From: Hypanus sabinus
Lineage: Eukaryota
DNA length: 64,000 nt
Direction: 5' to 3'
NCBI RefSeq assembly: GCF_030144855.1
Contig: NC_082720.1
Span: forward strand, 57,598,001 to 57,662,000
This document shows, one piece after another, positions 11,232 to 23,283 of the stretch (position 1 is its first letter; every line of letters starts with the position of its first letter). The translations under genes and the position numbers were made by a program. The notes beneath the pieces were generated by a model. That model saw nothing but the letters and a program-made list of their open reading frames with translations. It did not search any database and was not told the DNA's origin.

Positions 11232-13661
11232 ATGAGATACAATATATACTGGCTGCTGAAATACCAACTGTTCTGCTCCTTGTTCAACTCCTGGGATTCT
11301 GTTTGTGGCCAGAATCGCTATTCTGTTCCCGAGGAATTACAACTGGGTGCCTTTGTTGGAAATATCGCAGTTGATTTGGGATTAGATTTAAAGCAGCTGT
11401 CTGCTCGTAGATTACGTGTGGCGTCAAGTCCGCGAAAGCGGTATGTTGACGTAAATTTAGAGAATGGGGTTTTATTTGTGAATGAAAAAATTGACCGGGA
11501 ACAACTTTGCGGAGCGAGCACCGAATGCGTTTTATCATTCAACGTTGTGATTGAAAATCCCATCAGCTTGCACCAGGTGGAAGTGGAGATTCTCGATGTA
11601 AATGATAATGCTCCCAGTTTCCCCAAAAGCCAGATCCGCCTAGAAATCTCAGAGATTATGGCACCGGGAGCGAGATTCCTCCTCGAGGCTGCGCATGATC
11701 CGGACATTGGAACGAACTCTTTACAAACTTACCAGCTACTTCCCAATGAATATTTCATTCTTGATGTTCAAGAGCACGATAGGGTAGGAAGGTTACCGGA
11801 GTTAGTGCTGCAGAGGGCCTTGGACAGAGAAACGATATCGGCTCATCACTTAACTCTAGTTGCTGAAGACGCCGGAATCCCGGTGAGATCGGGCACGGTC
11901 CAGGTAACAATCGCAGTGAAGGATGCGAATGACAACTCTCCTGTTTTCTCGCAATCGCTCTATCAGGTCAATATGTTGGAATCGGCCCCCATAGGAACTC
12001 TGATTATCACGTTAAACGCCACGGATTTGGACGATGGCCCGAATGGAGAGATAACGTATGCGCTCGGCAGCCGTAATTCAGCTGAGATTCGCGAATTAGT
12101 TAGCCTGAGTTCCAAAACAGGTGAAGTAAGTTTAAGAGGGTACTTAGACTATGAACAACGCAAAACCTTTGTTGTGAATGCAGAAGCAATCGATAATGGC
12201 CCTTACGCAGTTCCCCAGCACTGTGCTGTGGTGGTGGATGTTATTGACGTAAATGACAACGCTCCGGAGCTGTCGTTCACATCCATCTCAAATACCGTGG
12301 CAGAAGGTGCTCCAGTGGGGACTATTATTGCACTTCTCAGTGCAGAAGACAAGGATTCTGAGCAAAATGGGCAAGTAGAATGTCGAATTCCAAATAACTT
12401 ACCCTTTAAGTTAGATTCACCTGTGAAGAACAATTGGAAACTTCTTGTACAGCACGTGCTGGATCGCGAAACTACTTCTAGCTATGATATTACTGTGACC
12501 TGCACTGATGCAGGGAAGCCTCCCCTCGCATCCAAGAAAACAATACGTGTGGATGTATCAGATGTAAATGACAACGCACCAAGATTTACGCAATCGGTAT
12601 ACACGGCTAATATAATGGAAAACAACGTCATTGGGGATCCCATATTCTCCCTGACAGCTTTCGATGCAGACTCGGAACAGAATTCTTGCTTGACCTTTAC
12701 TGTCATGAATTCATCCGTAGCCTCTTATGTCTCCATCAACTCGCAGAGTGGTGTAATATTTGCCCAGAGATCGTTTGACTACGAGAAATTGAAAACTTTC
12801 CAGATACACGTCCGGGTGCAGGATTCTGGAACCCCACCCCTCGCCAGTAATGTTACAATTGATGTTTTCATCCTCGATCAGAACGATAATGCCCCGGTGA
12901 TCGTGCATCCTTTACCCGATTATGGATCTTCTATAATGGAGACAATAAGCAGGTTTGCTGAACCTGGTTACCTCGTGGTCAAAGTGTCAGCCACTGACGC
13001 CGATGCTGGTCAGAATGCTCGTCTGTCTTATCGTATTTTTCAGGCTACCCATCGCGATCTGTTCACTATTTCAGCAGAAACTGGGGAAGTTTGGACTATC
13101 AGGACTATTGAGAGCAAGGATGCTCCTAGGCAGAGACTTGTGATTGTCGTAAAAGATAACGGAATGCCTTCACTTTCAGCCACCGTAACCATAGTAATAT
13201 CAATGACAGGAAGTAAAACTATCTCGAAAGCTACCAGTTTGAGTAAAGCTCGAGAGCTCTCCCCTAAATTGAACCTTTACTTAGTCATAGCATTGGGAAC
13301 GACATCTATGATTTTCCTCATAATTTTAATTATCCTTTCTATTATAGTTCGTAATAACAGAAATGAAGTGGGATGCCAGTACAGTGCATGTTGCTGTTTG
13401 GAAACAAGAAACTTTCTAAATGGAACTCAGAAGGCCAGTAGAAGCCTTCAGATACCACCGAACTATGTCGAGGTATTCGGAGGTGATCCACTTTCTCAGA
13501 GTTTCCGTTACGAGTCGTGTTCAACTTTGCAATCCGTAAAGAGAGACTTAACGACACCGCATACGCGCGGTCCATCTGCACTTATGCACAATGCGCAGAT
13601 GCAACCCATTGGGAAAGAAATTTCAGGAATACTAGACTCTGAAATGTACAACTGCAGTGAG
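11232..13661 (+). CDS. Clustered protocadherin variable exon 3
   Basis: ORF 11232..13670; 6 EC + TM + cytoplasmic domain; donor GAG|GTGAGC at 13661/13662, phase 0. Confidence 0.95.
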
Positions 13662-14064
13662 GTGAGCTAGTTCGTAAAAGAAATCGTTTGGGAATACTGG
13701 GCCTTTGCCTTTACTGTGACTAATTGCTGTACATATCGAGGTCAAATTTTATTTATGCACAGTGATTTTCATATATATTATAATTTGCTACGTATTCATT
13801 TTAGTATAATTTTCAGGGTTTGTGCGATTCTTTACATTTCTGATACGTTGTTGCACCGTCCTGAAAGCACACAGGATTCCTTTATGACTTTGTACCGAAA
13901 CGAAATGTAATGAACTGCTTAGCAGGTGTTAAACGGGTCTTGTCTTAAACAGTTTATATGTTAATTGTTCCGCGAAGAACTACAGGTATAGCTAAACCCC
14001 CTTGTTGTGAGCACTGTGTTTGAAAGCAGCATTTCATCGCATTTTATTACGGCACCCTCCATCT

Positions 14065-14143
14065 CAGGAGTTCCTAACCTAGTGTTCATGGACCCTTCGG
14101 TTAATGGTAATAGTCCGTGGCATAAAAAGGTTGGGAACCCCTG
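14065..14143. mobile_element. Small MITE with hAT-like terminal inverted repeats
   Basis: CAGGAGTTCCTAACCT ... AGGTTGGGAACCCCTG termini, 79 bp; no clear TSD. Confidence 0.6.
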
Positions 14144-14303
14144 TTTTATTTCAAGCTCGATGGATGAAATGAATGTAAATGCAAGAAAGCGGAAAAACAA
14201 TAAAATCACACAGTACACTGAAAAAACGGAAACATCTACAGAGTGACGACCGAGAGTACTGCCAATGATCTTACTGTATGTCAGTCCTAAATGTGAGGGG
14301 TTC

Positions 14304-14438
14304 NNNNNNNNNNNNNNNNNNNNNNNNNNNNNNNNNNNNNNNNNNNNNNNNNNNNNNNNNNNNNNNNNNNNNNNNNNNNNNNNNNNNNNNNNNNNNNNNN
14401 NNNNNNNNNNNNNNNNNNNNNNNNNNNNNNNNNNNNNN
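14304..14438. other. Assembly gap (135 N)
   Basis: Run of N. Confidence 1.
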
Positions 14439-14751
14439 ACGTGATGCGTATTTCCATTATTTTTTATGTTCTTATATCACGTCCTGTTTCACAGTTGGGA
14501 TCGACAGGAATTGGGGAAGGTTTGGCCTTCGATTGATTTACTATTCACAGGTTTAATTTAATATAATTTGAGATTCACGAGAAATTGAAGCCACAGTCAA
14601 TAATACTGTTTTAATACAATAATACTCAATTTTTCCTCTGGATGAAGTCATGCAATAATATTCTCCACTTTGGGGGAATTATGCTGTGGGTGCAGTCTTC
14701 TGCTTTATGAATTTATGTACTGTTGAAGCCTTATATTGGACACATGAATTA

Positions 14752-17177
14752 CACACTCATTGGCTACCTTACTAGGTAGCTTTTGTACCTAATAAAGTAG
14801 TCATTGAGCGCATGTTGGTGGTTTTTTGCTGACGTAGCCCATTCACTTCGGGGTTCGGTGTGTTGTGAGTTCAGAAATGCTCTTCAGCACACCACTGTTA
14901 TAATGCATGGTTATTTGAGTTACTGTCGCCTTTTTACCTGCTTGAACCAGTCTGACTATCCTCCTCTGCCCTGTCTCACATGACCGCTGCTCACAGTCTT
15001 TCTGTCTAGGTACCATATCAGATGCGGATGTTGGTGACCATGGTTTTCCATACAGATCGATCCCTTGATCTTCCGATGACTTCCATTTCCTCGATGTATA
15101 GCCACCTGACTAGGCTTTTGATGTACATAAGCCGAGGGCTTCCTCTAGGTTTGCTCCCCTCGATCTTTTCAGAGAGTATGAGTGTTTCTAGTTCATCTTT
15201 CCGCATGAGGTGTCCTAGAAATCTGAGTTGCCTTTCTCTTATTGTTGGTATGAGTGATCTAACTGCTTGGACTCTTCTGAGAACTTCTTCATTTGAAGTG
15301 TGTGTGGTCTGTGATATCTTTAACATTCTCCTGTAGAATTCAGCTGCTTCTAGTCTCTTTTCCATTGCTGGGGAAATGGTCCAGCCTTCTCTTCCATAAG
15401 TCAGGATAAAATAAGTGTAGCACTGCAGTATTCTGTTTTTAGTGTACATGCTCACCTTTCTGTCTATTAATATGGTCTTCATTTTCTGGGAAGCTTCTTT
15501 CGCCATTGCTATTCTGTATTTGATATCTATGTCGCACCTGCCATCACTTGTTAGTTGGCTGCCAAGGTATCTGAATTTGTTGACTTGATTGATGCGTGTA
15601 TTTCTGATCTTGATCTTGAGTTTGTATTTCCGATCTTGAGTCAGCTATTAGTACGATGTTATCAGCATATCTGATGTTATTTATATTATGGACTCCAATT
15701 GTGAGTCATTTGAAATCTTTGATACTTCTCAAGATACTTTCACAATACAGGTTGAATAAGTCGGTTGAAAAGACACAACCTTGCCTGACTCCTCTTATGA
15801 TATTCACATACTCACTCACTTCTCCTTCTATTCAGATGGATGCTGTCTGGTCCCAGCATAAGTTTCTTAAGAGAAGTATATCTTTCCCATTTATGTCAAG
15901 ATCTTGAAGCATTTCCAGGAGATCCTGGTGTCTGGCAGTGTCCAAAACTTTTGTATACTCGATGAAACATAGGTAGATATGTCTTTTTGTACCTGGAATG
16001 CTCGTTCACAGATCATCCGTAGCATGACAATTGCATTTCTGGTTCCAATATTTTCCACAAAGCCGCATTGTTCTTTACTGATATCTGGTTTTATACAGCG
16101 TCTTGCTCTCATCATGATAACTCTGAGAATAATTATTGCCACATGGCTCATCAAGCTTATTGTACGATGTAACTCATATTCTGTAGCTCCCTCTTTCTCT
16201 GGAAGTGTGATGAACACTGATTTACATAAATCATCATGTATCTCCCAATGATCAAAGTTTTCATTTGCTATTTCTGTTATTTTCTCTATTCCAAAATCTT
16301 CTAAGGCCAGTTTCATTTCAACAGTGATGTTGTCTGCACCATTGCTCTGTTATGATTTGTTTTATTTATGGTTTTTTATGATTTTAGAATATTAGGTCCT
16401 TCAAAAGTCTTCTTTATGTTCGGTTTTCTCCTCTTTGGTCTTCAAAGTTTTGTATTATATATTCTGTCCATCTGTTTAGGATTTCCTCTTTGCTCATAAT
16501 TAAACTGTCGTCTTTTGCCTCGGTGCATCCACTTGCTGAGCAAGATAATTTCCCCGTTAGTTCTTTAATCTTACTGTGCATCATCTTTGTTCCAGAGTTA
16601 TGGGTTTGTAGCATTTCTGTCTCTAAGCATTTCTCATTTAGCCATCTGTCTTTAGCTTCTCTGCATTTTCTTTTTATTGTCTTATCAAGTTGTTTGTATT
16701 CTTCACTGTCTCTTGGCTTGATGGTCTGTTTTTGGTACATCAATTGTATTATGTCTTCAGGTATCCATTTATCCATTTCTTACTTTTCCATTCTTTTCAT
16801 GCAGCTTCAACCATGGATTCCTTCAGTATGTCCGAGGAAGATTTGCCTCCTTCATTCTGCAACTGCTCACTAGAGGTCTCTTTTTTCACTGTTTTCCACA
16901 CCATTCTCAGTAAACGGTTGTGTGTGAAAATCCCAGGAGAGCACTTGTTGCTGAGGCACTCAAACCACCCTCTGTAGCGCCAATCACTCCACTGTCAAAG
17001 TCACTTGTATCACATTTCTTCTCCACTCTGATATTTGGTCTGAGCAACAAGAGAACTTCTTGATCATGTCTACTTGCGTTTATCCATTGAATTGCTGCCA
17101 AATCGCTGGCTGGTTAGATAATTGTATTAACGAGCGGACGTACTGGTGTACCTAATAAAGTAGCCACTGAATATACA
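14752..17177 (-). mobile_element. Tc1/mariner non-autonomous remnant split by a LINE insertion (halves 14752-14994 and 16863-17177)
   Basis: TIR-like ends ACACTCATTGGCTACCTTACTAGGTA and TACCTAATAAAGTAGCCACTGAATAT; ORF 16907..17101(-) KKCDTSDFDSGVIGATEGGLSASATSALLGFSHTTV resembles the Tc1 transposase N-terminal HTH. Confidence 0.75.
14995..16862 (-). mobile_element. RTE-clade LINE, 5'-truncated and frameshifted reverse transcriptase
   Basis: Minus-strand ORFs 16414..16776, 15891..16316 (RTISLMSH, EQCGF, GTRNAI) and 15018..15506 (TYGREGWT, QLRFLGHLMR, GSPRL); flanked by 8-bp direct repeat CTGCTCAC (14987, 16863). Confidence 0.85.
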
Positions 17178-17707
17178 CCTAAACTTCTCCCGGTTCAGCG
17201 ACAGAGAAGGATGGACAGTGGCCGTGTTGCCATTAATGTCCTCATCAAATGAATAAAGGAGTATTGACTATTGACAGTAAATTGGTTTGAACACAATCAA
17301 ACCACGGTTGCAAAACCAAAAAGAAAATATTGCAGATGCTGACTTTACACTTCTACCTCCTGCATTTCTATTTTAATTAAATACAAGTATAATCTGCTGA
17401 GATGTAAGCAAACTAAAATGAATGAATGCATTCATTTTGATTTTCACTTGGTTATCTGACAACCATTCACTTCTAATTTAAGATGTGGGATGAAATTTAA
17501 ATTTAAAATAAGTGTCTCAGTGGCAGCAGAGATTGGTTGCTTCTATCTTTTGGAATACTTTTCAAAGATGCATTTTTGGATCTTTATTAATGATTTTGCA
17601 TGTTATAGCTGTGTTATTGCCTTTCCCTGATATAAAATTTTGTGAAGCCAAGGAGAGGGTACAAAAATACTTTCTACTTGTAATTGCATTGATATGTGAA
17701 AATAATA

Positions 17708-18295
17708 TGAACATAAGACATAGAAGAAGAATTAGACCATTCGGCCTATCGAGTCCAGTAGATTTATTATCCCCTCCATCATGGCAGAGTTATTACCCCC
17801 TCAACTCCATTCCCTTACCTGCTCCTTATAACCTTTGACACTCTTACTATTCAAGACCTATCAACCTCTGCCTTAAATATAAGCAATATCTTGACCGCGA
17901 CAGCCGTGGGTTGCAATGAATTCCACAGATTCATCACGTTCTAGACAAAGAAATTCCTCCTCACCTCTGTTCTAAATGGACGTCCTTCTATTATGAGGCT
18001 GTGCCCTCTGGTCCTAGACTCACCACTATAGGAACCATCCTTTCCACGTCTATTCAACCTAGGCCTTTCACTATTCGATAGGTTTCAACTAGCTCCCCCC
18101 TCATTCTTCTGAACTCTAGCGAGTACAAACCAGGATCCATCAAACGCTGCACATACTTTCACCCCTTTATCCAGAGATCAGTATTATGAACCTTCTGTGG
18201 ACTCTCTCCTATTCCAGCACATCCCTTCATATATAAGGGGCCAAGGATTGCTTGCAACTCTCCACGAACGGCCTGACCGTTGCCTTATGAAACAT
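17708..18295 (-). mobile_element. CR1 LINE 3' fragment
   Basis: Begins AACATAAGACATAGAAGAAGAATTAGACCATT, the reverse complement of the CR1 tail at about 29790-29826; body is similar to the reverse complement of 29251-29733. Confidence 0.75.
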
Positions 18296-18834
18296 CAGTA
18301 ATTATCGTAGAACGGTATCTTAATGTGAATAAACTAATCTTATGGATATGTATCACTAAGATGGTACAAGAACTGAATATCTCCACGAACATGAGTTACA
18401 AAAATGAATTCATGAAAAGGATGTCAGTATGAAAAGAATAAATATGGCAAATTGAGAATGACGTTCCATCTCTTCTTTCTAAGCTATGGAAGGTCATACC
18501 TTATATAATATTAACCTGATAGCCATTTCTGGACCTTGAAGGACCTAGCTAATCTGGGTAAAGCATTAAATCCTCCATTAACAAATACGATTGCCTATTT
18601 TAGTGGTTAGTGCTTGTACAACGGGCTTTGGACTTTATCATTAGCTCTTTAGCCCCTGAATTAAACGGTAATTTACATATTGGGGGTATAAAACATAGGA
18701 AAGACAATAGCACTGATTAGTTTATTTTTACGGGATGATGGGATAAAATTCATTATTCCAACAGCAATATGTAACAGCAGATAGATTGACAACCAAGTTA
18801 TCACATTGGCTATTTGTCAGCCTTTGCACCTAGT

Positions 18835-18955
18835 TTTTGATGGATTCTGTTGTATTTCTTTGTTCTACTGTATATGCCTGCAAGAAAACGAATTGCAGAG
18901 CAGCATATGGCGACAGGTTCATATTTTGATAATAAATTTACTTTGAAGTTTGATT
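18835..18955 (+). mobile_element. Rex1-like LINE 3' tail fragment
   Basis: GCCTGCAAGAAAACGAATT...GATAATAAATTTACTTTGAAGTTTGA, similar to 9660-9748 and the reverse complement of 27137-27220. Confidence 0.5.
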
Positions 18956-19183
18956 TTATAATCCAACGTGGGATTAATTATTCTATACCCAGATAATGAA
19001 AGAAATTTTAAGATTAAGTCAAGCCATTTCATTTGTTTCATAACTACGATTTATTTATTTTGAGCATTTTTTTTCTGTTGAGGACCTTGAGGCTGTTAAT
19101 TGTGAATCAATTCCAGATTGTTTACACAACAGGCCAAAACGTGCGGACTACTGGGGAAAAAAGCCTCAAATATAAATTTAAAC

Positions 19184-19372
19184 TGTGCAACGATAAATAT
19201 CATTCTGTGCTCATTTAGGACAACGCGGCTTTAAGAACTGGTGTGCTTCATGATTCGCTGAATATCAGTACGCTTGTGTTCACCAATCAGAAGCTAAGAT
19301 GTCTTTTGGAGATCCGGACTGCCGTCTAGCATTACCCACCCTCCCTTACGTGAGATCAGAAGCGGTGAAAAA
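19184..19372 (+). promoter_or_regulatory. Conserved promoter cassette of gene 4
   Basis: TGTGCA 19184, GCTTTAAG 19228, ATTCG (variant of ATTGG) 19253, CCAAT 19283, TTGGAGATCC 19306. Confidence 0.8.
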
Positions 19373-19575
19373 AATTGGCTGGTCAGCTGCCTCGTATGAT
19401 TTTATTGTGAGAATCCATTGGAAACTGAACAAAAGCTGAAGATGAGGACGAAATGAACTGTGCGATTTATGATCCGGCAGGAGAGTCGAATATCATGGTT
19501 TATAAAAATCTGAATAAAGGGACGAGTAATGGTGGCGTCAGGTACTAACAAACGTTGGAATGGTTTACACTGGAA

Positions 19576-22011
19576 ATGCGGTATAATATATATTGGCTGC
19601 TAAAATGTCAGTTACTATATTGCGTGCTTTATTCGTGGAGTATAGTTTTGGGGACGATTCATTATTCGATTCCTGAAGAACTGCAGCAGGGCGCCTTTGT
19701 TGGGAACCTCGCAGACGATTTTGGTTTGAATGTAAAACAGCTTTCGACAAGAGGTGCTCGGATCGTGTCCGGTCCCAAGAAATCGTATATGGATATCAAT
19801 TTGAAAAATGGACATTTATTTATGAAGGAAAAAATTGACAGAGAGCAGCTGTGTGAGTCGAGTCTGTTTTGTGTGTTATCCTTAGATGTTTTGCTCGAAA
19901 ATCCCCTAAAGCTGTACCAGGTTTCAGTGGAGATCCTCGATGTAAATGACAATGCTCCCATTTTCCCCGAGAGCGTAATGCGGCTTGAGGTCTCCGAGCT
20001 GGCTACACCGGGGTCGCGTTTCCTTCTCGAGTCCGCGCATGATGCGGACGCCGGGTCCAATTCCTTGCAAACGTACAAGCTGCATCCGAACGAATGTTTC
20101 TTTTTGGATGTGCAAGTGCGCAGTGGGAATGAAATGTTACCAGTATTAGTGTTGCAGCGCCCCTTGGACAGAGAAAAAGAATCGGTCCACAAATTAGTTT
20201 TGATAGCAGAGGATGGCGGTATCCCTTTAAGGTCAGGCACCCTTCAGGTTACCATCACGGTGAAGGATGCAAACGATAACGTGCCTGTTTTTCCTCAGTC
20301 AGCTTATAAAGTTAGCCTATTAGAGTCTGCACCCAAAGGGACACTTATTATCAAATTAAACGCCACTGACATGGACGATGGTCCCAACGGAGAGATTATG
20401 TACTCGTTCAGCAGCCATAATTCTGCCAGAGTCCGTAAATTTCTTGATATTAATTCCAAAACTGGTGAAATTACATTGAAAGAAAATTTGGATTATGAAG
20501 TAAGTACCTCAATGGGGATTAGCATACAGGCAAAGGACATGGGCTTAAACTCAATGGCCGTGTATTGTGACGTGTTGCTGAATATTATCGATGTCAATGA
20601 TAACGCACCTGAGATAACACTCACATCCCTATCCAGTAACGTTTTGGAAAATGTCCCCAATGGGACTGTAGTAGTTCTCTTCAGCGTAACAGACAAGGAC
20701 TCGGGACAAAACGGGCAAGTACAGTGTCAAATTTCAAGCAAACTGCCCTTTCGACTCGATTCATCTTTGACGAATTATTACGGGATGCTTATTAGCCAAC
20801 CGTTGGATCGCGAAAGCGCCTCCAGGTATAATATTACAATAACATGTACCGATGCCGGAATCCTTCCTCTCACATCTCAGGAAACCATTAGTTTGGAGGT
20901 TTCAGATGTAAATGATAATGCGCCAAGATTTACGCAACCCGCGTACACCGCGAGTGTCATGGAGAATAATGTGATTGGTGCTTCTATATTCCATTTAAGT
21001 GCTGTCGATCCAGACGTAGGGCAAAATTCCAGACTGAAATTTTCTATTTTAGAGTCTCAATATCGGAACCCCCAAGAAAGTTCTTATGTCTCTGTTAATT
21101 CAGATAGTGGCGTCATATTTGCTCAGAGATCGTTTGACTACGAACAGCTGAAGAAGTTCCAGATCCAGGTTCAGGTGCTGGATTCTGGAGTCCCACCACT
21201 AAGCAGCAACGTTTCAGTGGACATTGTTATCCTCGATCAGAATGACAATGCCCCAGTGATTGTGAATCCTCTGCCCGAATACAGAATAGAAACAATATCT
21301 CTGTTCTCAGAACCAGGAACACTCGTTTCCAAGATATCAGCCACTGATGCTGACAGTGGTCAAAATGCCTTTCTGTATTTCCAGATTTTTCAAGCCACCC
21401 ATCATGATCTTTTTACTATTTCACCAGAGTCTGGTGAAATTTGGACTATACGCCGGATCACAAGCAAGGATGCCCTTAATCAACGACTAGTCATTGTGGT
21501 CAAAGATAATGGAACTCCTTCACTTTCATCTTCTGTGACCATAGCATTAACTGTAGTCGGGGCTGACAGTGAAAAGTTCTCGAGTGCCAATGGTTTACCT
21601 AACAATCTAGGGTTCACACACGATCTTGGTTTTTCTTTGGTCATAACGTTTGGGATAACATCTACAATTTTCTTTGTTATTTTACTTATCCTTGCTGTTA
21701 AGGTTTATAGAAACAGGCAAGGATCTGGAGGACATCACTGTTCCTGTTGCTGCCTTGGATCAAGAAATTCTCTGAATGGAATTCAAAAGGCCAGTCGAAG
21801 CCTACAGATACCTCCAAATTACGTAGAGGTATTCGGGGGCGACCCACTCTCTCAACGTTTTCGTTACGAGTCCTGTTCAACTTTGCCGTCGACGGATGTC
21901 AAGGCATGTGGGAAATCCACAGGCAATGATTATCTACAAAATGAGGCTTTCAGGAAACAAAAGCCTGAACGTGTGAATATAGACAATTACAGCAGCACTA
22001 TAAATAACGAG
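19576..22011 (+). CDS. Clustered protocadherin variable exon 4
   Basis: ORF 19555..22071; first ATG 19576; 6 EC + TM + cytoplasmic domain; donor GAG|GTGAGG at 22011/22012, phase 0. Confidence 0.95.
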
Positions 22012-22479
22012 GTGAGGCACTTCTTAAAATCAATAAGATGTACTCAGTTGGTTTGGTTTGGATGTGTTTGAGGCTCGCTGGATGTGAGTCAATTTTCAAT
22101 CACGTTATTCAACTTTTATGAATATTTCTATTACTTCTGAACATTCCAGTTTCCTTTTTTAAGATTAGGGTAGGAATCTGATCACAGAAACAAAAACATG
22201 GATACCCTTCCCCACCCACAAATTGAACCTTTGCAACTATCTTCACTAAAGGTCTGGGTATGCTGTGTTATTAATCATATTCAGGACAGGAGTAGCTAAA
22301 TTTTATGAGTGCAACAGAATCAACGACTGTCATGAGTACATAAAGTTTAAATCCAAAGATTATTTCCTCTGTGATCACAATGAAATGCAGTGACCGTATG
22401 ATGTAGTTCAGTTATTATTTCTGATACTGCTTGTTTTTGTACTTCTCTGAAGTTGTTTGCATACTTGTTTGCCAATGAG

Positions 22480-22672
22480 CCCTCTTACACTCATGTGACC
22501 AATTAACCTACTGTCCCGTACGCCTTTAGACTGGGCATGAGGAAAATGGAACAGTCAGAGGAAACTCACATTCACGGGAGAAGGTGCATACTCCTTACAG
22601 TAAGAAGTGGGAATTGAACTAGAAACTCTGGCTCTGAGATAGCTTGACTAACCGCTACGCTACCTGCCGCCC
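22480..22672 (-). mobile_element. tRNA-derived SINE (HE1/V-SINE-like)
   Basis: Reverse strand begins GGGCGGCAGGTAGCGTAGCGGTTAG (A-box-like) with AGTTCAATTCCC (B-box-like); core GAGGAAACTCAC..CACGGGAGAAGGTGCATACTCC. Confidence 0.65.
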
Positions 22673-22845
22673 TTAACCCCTGTTAGGTTCCAGTTTATTA
22701 TGATAAGTTAAATAAAGCTAAATATACGTATATTTTACAGCGAATGTGAAAAATTACTAAATATATGCGTCAACAACAATTTCCAGAAATAATTTGACAA
22801 AATAAAATTGTAATAATAATGGGATAGAAATATTTGATTTTTAAC

Positions 22846-23036
22846 TGCACAGCTAAAAAAGTTAAATTTATCCAAATAATCTGATACGACGTTGCGGCTT
22901 TAAGAAACGTTCAGTGCAGGGATTGGCTGAACGTAAGGGACTCCATCCGCCAATCAAAAGCAGCGATGTTACTGGCGATCTTGACTGCCCCCTTCCCTCC
23001 CGGTCCACCATCACAGACGATCAGATGCAGTTGAAA
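22846..23036 (+). promoter_or_regulatory. Conserved promoter cassette of gene 5
   Basis: GCTTTAAG 22897, ATTGG 22922, CCAAT 22950, CTGGCGATC 22972, CCACCAT..GATCAG. Confidence 0.85.
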
Positions 23037-23283
23037 CCTGAATGGCGGACTGCCGAGAGCTTGCTTGGTTTATTCCGCTACCCGTGAGCTTCAGAAAAAC
23101 AAGGGTTGCCGGAAGGAATCTCAAAGGTTCGCAAACCCACTTTGTCTTTTTTTTTATTTGTGTACAACTAAGTGTTTTGTAACGTTTGCTCACCAAGGAC
23201 ATGATTTATCAAGAAATTAATGTGGAGGGCTGAACCAACTGCGCCGTGTAGCGCGGAAATAATTGGAATGTTTTGTACCTGCG

